Assembly (NCBI GenBank): GCA_023264635.1
Contig: JAHFLT010000004.1
Location: forward strand, 5,991-69,990
Origin: Candidatus Woesearchaeota archaeon
Lineage (GTDB): Archaea > Nanobdellota > Nanobdellia > Woesearchaeales > JAGVYF01
Direction of reading: 5' to 3'
DNA: 64,000 bases
Shown here: positions 53,096-62,716 of the stretch, one piece after another
Layout of the letters: every line of letters begins with the position of its first letter
How positions within the stretch are numbered: position 1 is the stretch's first letter
The notes under the pieces: generated by a model
What the model was told of the DNA's origin: nothing
Databases searched by the model: none
The model's input: the letters and a program-made list of their open reading frames with translations, nothing else
Translations under genes and position numbers: made by a program

Positions 53096-53782
53096 TCAAC
53101 TGGTGTTGGTGAAACTTTTTGCAGAAATGACTTTTCCTGTTTCTAGGTCGTATGTAACATGGCCGATCTCAACAACAAGAGTATCGTTAACTGCTGTTGA
53201 AAAAAATGTATCTAGCAAGGCATTATTAGTATGTGGTAATTGTGTTGAATAAAATTTCATGTGGTAGGGTACTAAATCTATTGTTTTCAATTCTTGAAAA
53301 AAAGTGGCATATTTGCTTACTGCATCAAGATAATCATTTTTGTCCTGTAACCGTTTAAAATACTCTGCGCTCATTTTCTCCTCAAGAGAGGGTGGTGAAA
53401 ACACCCCTTTTATTTTATCCATCATTGTCTTTTGTGGGGGAATATATTTTCCCTTTTCTCGTAAAAGGAGAAAATGCTGCAAGTCAAATTCAAGACTCTC
53501 GGTGTCGATGGATTCATTCGAGATGAGACAAAAACCCGTTGGGCGTACTAGTGGTCTTCCGAAATAAGCGTTTATTTCATGTGTATAATCCCTTAAGGGG
53601 GATGGTTCGATTTTGATTTCCCCTACTTCAGAGAGAGGGTTTTCCATTACATAACACTTTCGGAAATCGCTGAGACATGAGATAAGGCGTGAAACTGCTA
53701 GTGGCTCTGAGAGAAGTGTTGTCTCAATGTCTTTAAGGTCATCAAGTGATAGTCTGGATGTTTTTTTTGACGTCATAACCAT
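53096..53782 (-). CDS. hypothetical protein, 228 aa
   Basis: Clean ORF with tight spacing to the upstream gene (8 nt). No recognised motif. Confidence 0.5.
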   Translation of the reverse strand: MVMTSKKTSRLSLDDLKDIETTLLSEPLAVSRLISCLSDFRKCYVMENPLSEVGEIKIEPSPLRDYTHEINAYFGRPLVRPTGFCLISNESIDTESLEFDLQHFLLLREKGKYIPPQKTMMDKIKGVFSPPSLEEKMSAEYFKRLQDKNDYLDAVSKYATFFQELKTIDLVPYHMKFYSTQLPHTNNALLDTFFSTAVNDTLVVEIGHVTYDLETGKVISAKSFTNTS

Positions 53783-53790
53783 TATCGTTC

Positions 53791-54195
53791 CTACCTCCTA
53801 TATTTTTCTATACTCAGCAATTTCTTGTAAGCGTCAAAGAGCTTCTGTTCAAGCGTAAACTTTCCCAAGATGTCAGTGATAGTGAACCGTGACTTCTGGT
53901 CGCTGACTGCGTCCAGCCTTCCATCACCGTGAACATCATAGAACACTATATCCGGTATCGCTGTCTTAGATGGTGGGCCAAGGTAGAGGTTCAGCTGGTC
54001 GCGATGACAATTAAATACATAAATTGCACCAATAATTCCTTTCTCTGTCTGTATGCTTGCCCACAGTTCCTTTCTGTCATCTTCATAGATAACTTCAGTG
54101 TTGATTACTTTATAATGCGGCGTCGTTTGCAATGTTTGTGCTCCAGAAACAGATATGCAACACCCCATAAGCAAAGATGATAATGTTTTGTTCAT
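53791..54195 (-). CDS. secreted small protein with DxDxDG-like motif
   Basis: Signal-like MNKTLSSLLMGCCISVSGAQ. DVHGDGRLDAV resembles an FG-GAP/EF-hand-like Ca-binding loop. Confidence 0.5.
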   Translation of the reverse strand: MNKTLSSLLMGCCISVSGAQTLQTTPHYKVINTEVIYEDDRKELWASIQTEKGIIGAIYVFNCHRDQLNLYLGPPSKTAIPDIVFYDVHGDGRLDAVSDQKSRFTITDILGKFTLEQKLFDAYKKLLSIEKYRR

Positions 54196-54217
54196 GCCAG
54201 AGGAGAGAAAGGCATTG

Positions 54218-54239
54218 CTATAAAAAGGTTTTTATAATG
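54218..54239. promoter_or_regulatory. back-to-back TATA boxes in an inverted repeat (CTATAAAAAGGTTTTTATAATG)
   Basis: The left half is about 27 nt from the minus-strand ATG at 54195. The right half is about 26 nt from the tRNA-Arg 5' end at 54260. Confidence 0.55.
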
Positions 54240-54259
54240 ATAGAAGAAAACATGGACGT

Positions 54260-54347
54260 GGGCCCGTAGCCTAGCCTGGATAGGGCATCAGCCTTCTATT
54301 TTTCAGAAGCAAGCTGGAGGTCGTGGGTTCGAATCCCATCGGGCCCG
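54260..54347 (+). tRNA. tRNA-Arg (UCU) with 13-nt intron at 37/38 (54299-54311)
   Basis: Acceptor GGGCCCG/CGGGCCC, D-arm GCCTAGCCTGGATAGGG, anticodon stem TCAGC/GCTGG, loop CTTCTA..A and T-arm GTGGGTTCGAATCCCAT. The anticodon region CTTC pairs with intron GAAG, flanked by 3-nt bulges. Confidence 0.88.
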
Positions 54348-54395
54348 TCAACGTCAAAGCAAAATTTATAAGCCCAATGCACTTAAAATAATTAT

Positions 54396-54593
54396 ATGGC
54401 ACCAGTCAGACCGGGTTTAGGAAGTGCTATTCAGGGTGGAGAGTCCACTCCAAAAAGAAAGCCAAAAGGAGCAAAGCAAGAAGAACCCGCAGATCCTGTA
54501 AAAAATATCGATCCTATGGATAATAACCAAAAATCAAAAAAAAAGAAACGTCAACAATCTCGAGCTCAACCTCCATCGGGAGTCTATTCCTGA
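54396..54593 (+). CDS. small lysine/proline-rich basic protein (65 aa), uncertain
   Basis: AATTTATAAG lies 29 nt upstream of the ATG. The product is low-complexity (KRKPKGAKQ, KSKKKKRQQSR). Confidence 0.3.
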   Translation: MAPVRPGLGSAIQGGESTPKRKPKGAKQEEPADPVKNIDPMDNNQKSKKKKRQQSRAQPPSGVYS

Positions 54594-54613
54594 TTTATTC
54601 TCCACAATAAACA

Positions 54614-55048
54614 ATGCACCACATTGCAATTCTTAAAAAAGAGTGGCATCTCGATAAGAAAATTCTTTCTGGAGAGAAAAAAATAGAATCACGTTGGTAT
54701 AAAGCAAAGTATCCACCATGGAACAAAATAAAAAAAGGAGATAGTGTTTATTTCAAGAATGCAGGAGAGCCAGTAACAGTAAAAGCAAATGTCGAGAAAG
54801 TAGTACAGTTTGACCATTACTCAAATGAGCAGCTTCTTGAGATTATACAACGTTATGGTGGTGTTGGTGGGATTAATTTTGTTTCTCCACCGGAAGAAGT
54901 CTTTCAATGGGCAAAAACAAGGAAGTACTGTATTCTCATATTTCTCAGCGATCATCAAAAGATACAGCCATTCTTCATAAACAAAGAGGGATTTGGCAGC
55001 GCTTGTGCGTGGATGTGTGTGGGTGATGTGGAGAAGATAAGACAATAG
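54614..55048 (+). CDS. ASCH (PUA-like) domain protein
   Basis: ILSGEKKIESRWYK...KGDSVYFK follows the pattern of ASCH domains. Confidence 0.65.
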   Translation: MHHIAILKKEWHLDKKILSGEKKIESRWYKAKYPPWNKIKKGDSVYFKNAGEPVTVKANVEKVVQFDHYSNEQLLEIIQRYGGVGGINFVSPPEEVFQWAKTRKYCILIFLSDHQKIQPFFINKEGFGSACAWMCVGDVEKIRQ

Positions 55049-55078
55049 TTTTAAGATTGAAAGATATCTTCTACTAGC

Positions 55079-55864
55079 ATGGCATTGTTAGCTGCAAAAA
55101 TAATTATTTCTTTTCTTCTGGCAGTAACTATAACATGGTTTGCAGAAAGAAAGTCATTGCATTGGGGAGGAATTATTAGCTCGTTACCGAATGTTTCTAT
55201 ACTGATCATGTTCTTTCTGAGCCTGGAACAAGGAGCAATATTCACTGCCAATGCAGCAATCTATGGGGTGTATGGCATTATGGGAAATATTTTTCTTGCC
55301 AGTACAGTTATCTTTGCAACATTTTATTTATCCTCTATTCCTGCAGTTCTTCTTGGAGTTCTTGCATACGCAATAAATGGTTTTATTGCAATACAATTTC
55401 TTCCAGCCAACCACTTTACTGCATTATTTTCTTGTTTGATTGTTTGGTTACTGTTTCTCTTTTCTTGGCGAAATATCCCGCAGGTAAAAGTACATCAAGT
55501 TATTCAGTCAAAAACACAATTGATTATTCTTCAATTTTTTTTGATAGCATTTTTTATTATTCTTACTACCTCCCTTGCACCGCTAGTAGGGGAAGCATGG
55601 TCAGGAATTATTGGAGCATACCCAAGTATAACGACTACTATTGGATTTATCATTTTGCTCAAGTATGGGGGTGCTGAGCTAAGAAGCTTTTTCGCTGCCG
55701 CAATTTTCGGGTGGTTAGCTACAGCAGTGTATATCTTTAGCATTGCGTTTACTTACCCATCATTTGGTGTGTGGTCGGGAACCTTACTGTCTTTTGGAAT
55801 TGCTCTTGTGACTGTTATTGTGTCAAAATTGATTCAAAAAAGGTGTATTTGTTTCAATGGATGA
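55079..55864 (+). CDS. integral membrane protein, unknown function
   Basis: 261 aa with about 7-8 hydrophobic segments. Confidence 0.6.
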   Translation: MALLAAKIIISFLLAVTITWFAERKSLHWGGIISSLPNVSILIMFFLSLEQGAIFTANAAIYGVYGIMGNIFLASTVIFATFYLSSIPAVLLGVLAYAINGFIAIQFLPANHFTALFSCLIVWLLFLFSWRNIPQVKVHQVIQSKTQLIILQFFLIAFFIILTTSLAPLVGEAWSGIIGAYPSITTTIGFIILLKYGGAELRSFFAAAIFGWLATAVYIFSIAFTYPSFGVWSGTLLSFGIALVTVIVSKLIQKRCICFNG

Positions 55865-56564
55865 GATAATCAAACAAATTCATAAAGAACTGAAGAAGAA
55901 CATTGATATTGCATATAAACAAACCGAAAGTAGACTTTTCAAAGAAGGAAGAAATTGTTATGGTGTAAGGACGGGGATTGTTAGGGGGATAGGAAAGAAA
56001 TTTCTCAAGCAACTAAAAAACAAAAGTAAAAATGATATCTTTGCATTATGTGAAGAATTACTCTCCTCAGGTTTGCATGAACCAAGGACTATTGCATTTC
56101 AGTGGGCAAACCAATTAAGGGGAGAATTTTCTTTGGAGGAGTTTTCTATTTTTGAGTTATGGTTGGAAAAATATGTTCACGATTGGTCTGGGTGTGATGA
56201 TCTATGTTGTGGTGCATTAGGTGAATTGATTGTACAATATCCTTTACTAATCCAAAAGATAACACAATGGACAACATCTGCCAACAAATGGCTACGTCGA
56301 GCTGCAGCTGTATCTTTGATTCCTTCGGTGAGGAAAAGAAATTGTCTAAAAGAGATATTTCTGGTTGCAGACAAGTTGCTGTTAGATAAAGAAGACCTAG
56401 TGCAAAAAGGATATGGTTGGATGTTGAAAGAAGCAAGTACACAATGGCCAAGAGAAGTTTTTCGCTATACCATGTTACAGAAAGGTATCATGTCACGAAC
56501 TGCATTACGCTATGCCATAGAAAAAATGCCTTTGATGTGGAGAAAGAAGGTGATGGAGAGTTAA
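55857..56564 (+). CDS. DNA alkylation repair (AlkD-like HEAT repeat) protein
   Basis: YGVRTGIVRGIGKKF, HEPRTIAFQW, WLRRAAAVSL and QKGYGWMLKE match the DNA_alkylation family pattern. Confidence 0.7.
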   Translation: MDEIIKQIHKELKKNIDIAYKQTESRLFKEGRNCYGVRTGIVRGIGKKFLKQLKNKSKNDIFALCEELLSSGLHEPRTIAFQWANQLRGEFSLEEFSIFELWLEKYVHDWSGCDDLCCGALGELIVQYPLLIQKITQWTTSANKWLRRAAAVSLIPSVRKRNCLKEIFLVADKLLLDKEDLVQKGYGWMLKEASTQWPREVFRYTMLQKGIMSRTALRYAIEKMPLMWRKKVMES

Positions 56565-56686
56565 ACAAGTAAATACGAGAAAAAGCCGCCCTGCCAAAAA
56601 TGCATTTCCAAGAAGAGCATCAACAAAGGAGCTGATAATGATTTCATCTGTAACCAGAGTATAATGCAAAGACTAATTGAAGAGAA

Positions 56687-57262
56687 TCACTCAAAACTAA
56701 ATCCCAAAATAAACTTCAAGACATCCGGCAATTCAATGACCTTATCACCCCCACTAAAGTGTCCTTTACCTTTCAGAACAAGCGTTTTTGCCCCGAGTTT
56801 TTCCTCAAACAAAGCTTGGTTCTCCAATGGGACAACAGGGTCATTATCAGAAAAGATTGCAACAAAATGAGAAGTATGTTGCTTAACTTTTACAAAATCA
56901 ATTGGTGTTTCCAGCCACGGTTTCACAATCCGCTTTTCTTCATCCGTTTGCAGGTCATTCAACGTGAACCAGCCAGCAACAAAGACAATGCCACCGACCT
57001 TTTTTCTTGCTGGCAACGTTTCAAGATAACGTAAAATAGTCTGGCATCCAATGCTGTGGCCAACAAAAAACGTTTCCTCATCTACATACTCTACAATATA
57101 AGAAAGATACTGTACCCACTCGGCAATCATCGGTTTTTCTGGATGTGGCATCGCTGGTACAATAACAGTAAATGCTTCTGCCTCAAGCTTTTTTTTCAGC
57201 CAAGGAAACCATCCTTCTTCCGGGAAGCCATCCCAACCATGCACAATAAAAAATCGTTTCAT
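56687..57262 (-). CDS. YdeN/RBBP9-like alpha/beta serine hydrolase
   Basis: FIVHGWDG..., GHSIG (GxSxG) and a size of about 190 aa. The start overlaps the top6A stop by 4 nt. Confidence 0.7.
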   Translation of the reverse strand: MKRFFIVHGWDGFPEEGWFPWLKKKLEAEAFTVIVPAMPHPEKPMIAEWVQYLSYIVEYVDEETFFVGHSIGCQTILRYLETLPARKKVGGIVFVAGWFTLNDLQTDEEKRIVKPWLETPIDFVKVKQHTSHFVAIFSDNDPVVPLENQALFEEKLGAKTLVLKGKGHFSGGDKVIELPDVLKFILGFSFE

Positions 57263-58335
57263 TCAATCCAATCCTTATTCTTAATCTTCTCTGGCAGATA
57301 GGTATCGGAAATAAACGTAATCCCCCGTGCGCTCAGTGCTTGGATTTCTGCTTTTGAACCAAAGTCTTTCATCATCTTAAACTGTCGCTGCCAGAGCTTG
57401 TTTTTTTTGAACCAATCATAATCAGCTATTTGCTTCAAGCGTGATATGTCGACATCTTTTAATGTAATGAAATGCTTTTTCAACCCATATTTTTCAATGT
57501 CGTCGGCAGTAATACCCAAAAACTTCGCTTCAGGCAATGCCTGGCGTTCAGAGATGTGTGCAAGATTAATGGAACCAAATTTCAGCACTGAATAAATGTA
57601 GAACCCATAAGGATCGAAATCTGCAAGCACATAGACTGGTAATGTGTGCTCTTGATTAAGCCGCTGCAGCAGCCTTCTGATCCCCCTAGTCGTCTGTCCC
57701 TGTGAGCTCATGATGATGCAAGAATATTTGTCCCAGAATTTATCCTCGTGCAATCTTTCCCATACAGCTGCTTTTTCCATATAGATAATGTATTTTGCAT
57801 CGACTTTCCTGAATTTGATCTCTTCTACATTTGATGGAATCGACCAACCACCGGATCCGAGCTTGCTCCAGTCAATGGTATCCCCCTTATCTTCAATCAT
57901 AACGTGACCCGCAACCGAACCATTTTTGTTTGCATTGATGTTTAACTGCTCACGAGAAAAATCCGTAATTAATTCTAAATCTTCTATGGCTTTATCAGAT
58001 TCAGTTTGTTCATCCACCAGATTGATATTTGTTCCCGGTAGCGTACGCTTCGCCATGTAAAAGACATCTCTGAGAGAAGCGTGTTTCTCCAGATCAAGTA
58101 ATTGTTTTGCAACCTTTGCCACCTCGATCGTCTGAACAAATTTTTTTGTATGCCCCACATTAAAAAACAGCCTTTCTGCGGTCTTGTTTCCCAGTTCCAG
58201 CGTCTTAGTCTTCTCATTATAAACAACATTACTTAGCGCTCTGACTGGTATCTCTATTCTCGGCTGCTTTCCTTTTTTGACGCCAGCAATGATACTGCTG
58301 CCCAACTCAGCAAGTTTCTCTTTCGTTTTATTCAT
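57259..58335 (-). CDS. top6A: DNA topoisomerase VI subunit A (Spo11-like)
   Basis: Winged-helix region with the catalytic Tyr context (RDVFYM) and Toprim [12 protein letters not shown]. Confidence 0.9.
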   Translation of the reverse strand: MNKTKEKLAELGSSIIAGVKKGKQPRIEIPVRALSNVVYNEKTKTLELGNKTAERLFFNVGHTKKFVQTIEVAKVAKQLLDLEKHASLRDVFYMAKRTLPGTNINLVDEQTESDKAIEDLELITDFSREQLNINANKNGSVAGHVMIEDKGDTIDWSKLGSGGWSIPSNVEEIKFRKVDAKYIIYMEKAAVWERLHEDKFWDKYSCIIMSSQGQTTRGIRRLLQRLNQEHTLPVYVLADFDPYGFYIYSVLKFGSINLAHISERQALPEAKFLGITADDIEKYGLKKHFITLKDVDISRLKQIADYDWFKKNKLWQRQFKMMKDFGSKAEIQALSARGITFISDTYLPEKIKNKDWIE

Positions 58336-60025
58336 CTTGTTCCTCTTGCCGTGTGTCTAGCTTGTAGATGTCTTCTTCAGGTGGCATGGCTACCTGCGCC
58401 TGAATCTCTGGTTTGCTTAGCATTTTGAGCAGAGCTTCTTGAATGTTCTCTTTCTTTTCCCCGGAGAGTTGCGCTAAAGAATCAGCAACTTCAGGAATGT
58501 AACGCTCAAAGATGTTTGCCCGTTCCTGAGCATCTTTGATACGCGCCTTTTTGTGCACATACATGGCCAGCTTGCGTCCGCAGTCCTGTAGCGCCAGTTT
58601 CATCTCTTTGATTATCTCAGGATAATGTGCAATTGCTTCTTTGCTCTCTGAGGTAAATGGTACCCAGACAGAAGCTATGTGGAGGACAATTGTTAATTGG
58701 CCTACGGGAAGTGCATTCTGCGGCTGGGAAATGCCATAGTTCCTCCATGCTGTCTGCGTGATGGATTTGAAAGATGCGCAAGCGCTTTGCTGGTAAAGAA
58801 GAGGAACACGGTTTGCATACCTCAGAATATGCGCTTGCTCTTCTGCGCTTTGTTGACCCCCATATGCAAGAGCAGCTTCTATAATAAAAGGATAACCACG
58901 ATAAATAGCCGGCGGTCGAGTTGTAGAACAGTAAAATTCCGCACCCACTTCTTTCTTCAATCCACTTTCAAGCTGCTCAGCTCCGATAGGGGAAAGACAA
59001 TCAGTTGGTGGCGCAATAAGTCTTGTTTTCTTGACACCTTCCATCAGTTTTTCTGCCAGTTCACGTGTGATTTCTCGCGGCTTCATCGACTGTAGCAATG
59101 CGGCATTTTCACAGATCTGTTTTGCTGTCCCAGCGCCCACTCTGGTAAATTCACTTGTTAAGAACGCTTGTAACGTCCTAGACTCAGTGCGCTTTAGCAT
59201 GTCCATGAGTACGCCAAGCTCAACACCATAAAGATGCGGCTGGATCTCAGTTGGCAACTTTGGCAATTCATTTGCAACACGGGCGAAAATAACCTGCTCA
59301 GCCTTAGGGTTAGTATAAATGATGGTCGCGTGTGGATTGGTAATCGCGGTCTGCTTGAGATATTCGTCCACGGACTGGCTGCCTTTGAGATATGTCGCCT
59401 CTATATCTATCTCTACTCGAGTTCCATGTTCCTTGTTCCACTCTTTTTCTTCATCGCTTCCTATCTCTGGCTCATTCTTATGTGTATCTATCTTTAGTTC
59501 ACATGCATATGCTGGCTTGCTAGAGTGAATTTTTGTCAGAATCTTTGCAGGTCTTCCTGTCGTAAGTTGCCCGTACATCACTGCTGCGGATATTCCAATC
59601 CCTTGCTGGCCGCGACTCATTCTCAATTTATGGAATTTACTGCCGTAAAGAAGTTTTGCAAAGATTCTTGGTACTTGTTTCTTGACAATGCCCGGGCCGT
59701 TATCTTCCACAATTATCCTATATCGTTCATTTCCCATATCAATTATTTCAACGATTATTTCTGGAAGGATGCGTGCTTCCTCGCATGCATCAAGCGAGTT
59801 ATCTACAGCTTCCTTCACTACAGTCAATAGAGCTTTTTTCTTGTTGTCAAAGCCAAGCAAGTGACGATTTTTCGCAAAGAATTCTCCTACGCTGATTTCA
59901 CGCTGACCTTTCGCCAGTTGAGTGGCTATGATCATTTCTTCGTTAGGTGCGCTATCTGTCAGTTTAGATTGTACCATTGCATGACCCTTAGAAAAATTGA
60001 CCTTTATTAAATTTTTGTTTTTCAT
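58328..60025 (-). CDS. top6B: DNA topoisomerase VI subunit B (GHKL ATPase)
   Basis: [11 protein letters not shown] (Bergerat N-box), DNGPGI (G1) and GQQGIGIS (G2). It overlaps top6A by 8 nt. Confidence 0.9.
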   Translation of the reverse strand: MKNKNLIKVNFSKGHAMVQSKLTDSAPNEEMIIATQLAKGQREISVGEFFAKNRHLLGFDNKKKALLTVVKEAVDNSLDACEEARILPEIIVEIIDMGNERYRIIVEDNGPGIVKKQVPRIFAKLLYGSKFHKLRMSRGQQGIGISAAVMYGQLTTGRPAKILTKIHSSKPAYACELKIDTHKNEPEIGSDEEKEWNKEHGTRVEIDIEATYLKGSQSVDEYLKQTAITNPHATIIYTNPKAEQVIFARVANELPKLPTEIQPHLYGVELGVLMDMLKRTESRTLQAFLTSEFTRVGAGTAKQICENAALLQSMKPREITRELAEKLMEGVKKTRLIAPPTDCLSPIGAEQLESGLKKEVGAEFYCSTTRPPAIYRGYPFIIEAALAYGGQQSAEEQAHILRYANRVPLLYQQSACASFKSITQTAWRNYGISQPQNALPVGQLTIVLHIASVWVPFTSESKEAIAHYPEIIKEMKLALQDCGRKLAMYVHKKARIKDAQERANIFERYIPEVADSLAQLSGEKKENIQEALLKMLSKPEIQAQVAMPPEEDIYKLDTRQEEQDE

Positions 60026-60324
60026 CGTCGAATAGTCTTAAAAAAGTTCTTGCTGGTAATAAGCAAGATGAGAGAAACAATTACAAGACCCATCCCCCAC
60101 AAGACGTAATGAAGATGGTTAGTTTCGTTGTTTAAACCCACAGCCATGTGTACTGTGTGAGGTAAGAACGCAAGAAAAAAACCAGTACCAAGCCCACTGA
60201 CTCCGATTACATTTACCTATTTTTTTCAAGTACGGTGGACAAGGCTCTGTAACAAATTAGGGGATATATAAGATTTTATGTCCTTAAAAATAGAAGTCTA
60301 CTAAGTTGGAAAAGTTCTTCATGT

Positions 60325-60739
60325 TTATTTGCATGCTGTTCCAGGTCCACCACTGCAATAATAATATTTATTTTTTAGTCCATAAAACACCTTGTAAAAC
60401 GCTCTCTCAACGACTCCCATTGTTTCTCCTACTTTATATTTTTGGTTCATTTCTTCTTGAAACTTTTTCATATTCTCATCTATTATCTTAGGATCAACAA
60501 TATTATTGTCTATTAACCTACTAAGTTCTCCATCTATTTTCTCATTCCATTTTTTTTTCAGATATCTTTTCCTTAGATGAACTACTCTCTGATGGTTGTG
60601 GTGCTGTAGTTAATTGAGACTGGCCCGTTTGATACCCAGTCCCCTTTCCAATGGGCACACCTACATAATCAAGACCGCCTAAAAGAATAAGACTGCCAAA
60701 GATAATTCCGACAATAATCAACACACTCTCTTTTTCCAT
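60325..60739 (-). pseudogene. membrane-anchored protein gene split by a frameshift at an A9 run (ORF 60542..60739 plus an open frame 60325..60549)
   Basis: The upstream ORF (TM segment, S/T/Q linker) stops 2 codons after AAAAAAAAA (plus-strand T9 at 60550-60558). The next frame stays open for 74 more codons (WNEKIDGELSRLIDNN...CSGGPGTACK) without a usable start. Confidence 0.45.
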
Positions 60740-61184
60740 TAACTATACCCATAGAAAAGTAGTATATATAAAAATATGCTATCCTAAAATATAGCTTATA
60801 GAGTATAAGTCGTTCTTGATTGATAAAGAATCACTCTTCTCTTCGCAATTCAGCGAATTGCGCGTGTCTTCTTTTCCGATGGTACTGCTCCAGCCATTTG
60901 TAGACGGTTGCGTGCTTGCTGCCCGCAAGTACCATGGGATACAGAAAGTCGTACCCGCCATACTTGTGGCTTATACTCACATAATCATGATGAAAAGCGA
61001 TGCCATATTCAAAACGTTACATCGGAGGTTGTTAACAATTGGAGAAGGATGCAAGTACCTACGACTAATTGCGTTAAAGGGATTCTGTTGGCTTTGAAAA
61101 AAAACCAAAGAGGCTGGAGAACTGGCAAAAATACTCAATCAGATGATTTTTGTCAAAAACACAAAAGTTTGAAAAAAAAGATAG

Positions 61185-61194
61185 CTTTAAATAC
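61185..61194 (+). promoter_or_regulatory. TATA-like box of the S13 operon
   Basis: CTTTAAATAC lies about 90 nt upstream of the rps13 ATG. The predicted transcription start falls just before the stem-loop at 61221. Confidence 0.45.
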
Positions 61195-61220
61195 ACCAGC
61201 CTGTCTCTCCTAGTCGCACG

Positions 61221-61272
61221 CCCGAGTTGATAGCGTTTTAGGGCGCACAAATGTGCGGAGCTATTTCTCGGG
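61221..61272 (+). promoter_or_regulatory. nested stem-loop in the rps13 5' leader
   Basis: CCCGAG/CTCGGG (61221-26 with 61267-72), ATAGC/GCTAT (61230-34 with 61260-64) and CGCACA/TGTGCG (61244-49 with 61252-57). It ends 10 nt before the ATG at 61283. Confidence 0.6.
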
Positions 61273-61282
61273 ATTCCACAAA

Positions 61283-61756
61283 ATGCCACAAGAAGAATTC
61301 AGACACATCGTCCGTGTTGTAAACACTGACTTGGATGGGAACAAACCAATTCTAAGCGCATTACGCAAGATAAAAGGCGTCAGCTTCATGTTCGCACAGG
61401 CATTGTGTTACATCGCAAAAATCCCAACAGGGGAAAAGGCTGGAACTCTACCTGAAATACAGATAGAGAAAATTGCTGCATGCCTAAGAAATCCTGTTGA
61501 TTCTGGTATGCCTGAATGGATGATCAACCGAAGGAAAGATCCAGAAGACGGAAAGGATAAACACCTCGTTGCTACAGACTTGGTGTATGCACGTGATAAT
61601 GACATTAAGATGATGCAGAAAATAAAGTGCTACCGTGGAATAAGGCATATGTATCACCAGCCTGTCCGCGGACAGCGCACAAAGGCGCACTTCCGTGCAA
61701 ACAAAGGAAAAGTTGTTGGTGTGAAACGCGCAAAAGCGGGCAGTAGGAAGACCTAA
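61283..61756 (+). CDS. rps13: 30S ribosomal protein S13
   Basis: MPQEEFRHIVRVVNTDLDGNK...RGQRTKAHFR. The ORF-track start at 61253 lies inside the leader hairpin. Confidence 0.9.
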   Translation: MPQEEFRHIVRVVNTDLDGNKPILSALRKIKGVSFMFAQALCYIAKIPTGEKAGTLPEIQIEKIAACLRNPVDSGMPEWMINRRKDPEDGKDKHLVATDLVYARDNDIKMMQKIKCYRGIRHMYHQPVRGQRTKAHFRANKGKVVGVKRAKAGSRKT

Positions 61757-61757
61757 A

Positions 61758-62315
61758 ATGGGAGACCCACGAAAAATCAAAAGGAAACTTAGTAAGCCAA
61801 GCCATCCATGGAGGATAGAGCGTATTACTGAGGAACACCAACTTGCCAAAGAATTTGGATTGCGAAGAATGCGTGAAATATGGAAAGGGAAAACTTTCTT
61901 AGCAGACATTGCATACCAGGCAAAAAGACTTATTCCCTTGAAAACACCACAAGCCGGGATAGAAAAGGCGCGCTTGCTTACCAGACTTAATGTATTGGGC
62001 ATCCTTCCGCAGACAGCACTATTGACGGATGTTCTTTCTCTCACTGTTCGGGATATACTTAGAAGGAGATTACAGACATTTGTTGTTCAAAAAAAACTCG
62101 CGCGCAGCACGAGACAAGCGAGGCAGTTTATTTCACATGAACATATCATAGTCAAAAATAAAGTAGTAAGCTCCCCATCCTATCTTGTATTGAGGGATGA
62201 AGAAGACCATATTACATTTGCGCAAAACTCTGCGCTGGCAAATGCGGACCATCCAGAAAGAGCAATTCCTGAAAAAGCAGTTGTTGGGAAAGCTGAAAAG
62301 GTGGAAACCAAATGA
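61758..62315 (+). CDS. rps4: 30S ribosomal protein S4
   Basis: [18 protein letters not shown], the archaeal S4 N-terminus, plus an S4 RNA-binding domain. Confidence 0.9.
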   Translation: MGDPRKIKRKLSKPSHPWRIERITEEHQLAKEFGLRRMREIWKGKTFLADIAYQAKRLIPLKTPQAGIEKARLLTRLNVLGILPQTALLTDVLSLTVRDILRRRLQTFVVQKKLARSTRQARQFISHEHIIVKNKVVSSPSYLVLRDEEDHITFAQNSALANADHPERAIPEKAVVGKAEKVETK

Positions 62316-62716
62316 ACGAAGAAAAAAGGAAGGATATTTGGGGAATTGCACATATTTATGCTTCATATAACAATACGATCATTCACATTACAGATATTAC
62401 TGGCTCGGAGACGTTAGCCCTAAGCTCAGGTGGACAAGTGGTAAAGGCAGATCGCCTTGAATCTAGTCCGACTGCAGCAATGATGGCTGCCAAGAAAGCT
62501 GCTGAGCTTGCCTTAGAAAAAGGTTGTAATGCTATTCATGTCAAAGTAAAAGCACCAGGTGGGCATAACGGACCTGCAAACCCGGGTCCCGGTGCACAAG
62601 CAGCTATCCGCGCATTAGCACGCATGGGGTTGAAGATTGGTATTATTGACGATGTAACGCCAATCCCTCACGACGGTTGCCGGAAGAAGGGTGGAAAGCG
62701 GGGAAGACGTGTATGA
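62312..62716 (+). CDS. rps11: 30S ribosomal protein S11
   Basis: [27 protein letters not shown]...[14 protein letters not shown]. Confidence 0.92.
   Translation: MNEEKRKDIWGIAHIYASYNNTIIHITDITGSETLALSSGGQVVKADRLESSPTAAMMAAKKAAELALEKGCNAIHVKVKAPGGHNGPANPGPGAQAAIRALARMGLKIGIIDDVTPIPHDGCRKKGGKRGRRV

Noticed and set aside
60941-60975. ACAGAAAGTC ... GGCTTAT, reminiscent of RNase P RNA conserved regions.
   Set aside because: The spacing and surrounding helices do not fit CR-I or CR-V. GAAAGTCG is not the GGAAAGUCC core. An Rfam scan would be needed for any claim.
61484-62044. 186-aa minus-strand ORF.
   Set aside because: It is antisense to rps13 and rps4, and is a shadow ORF.
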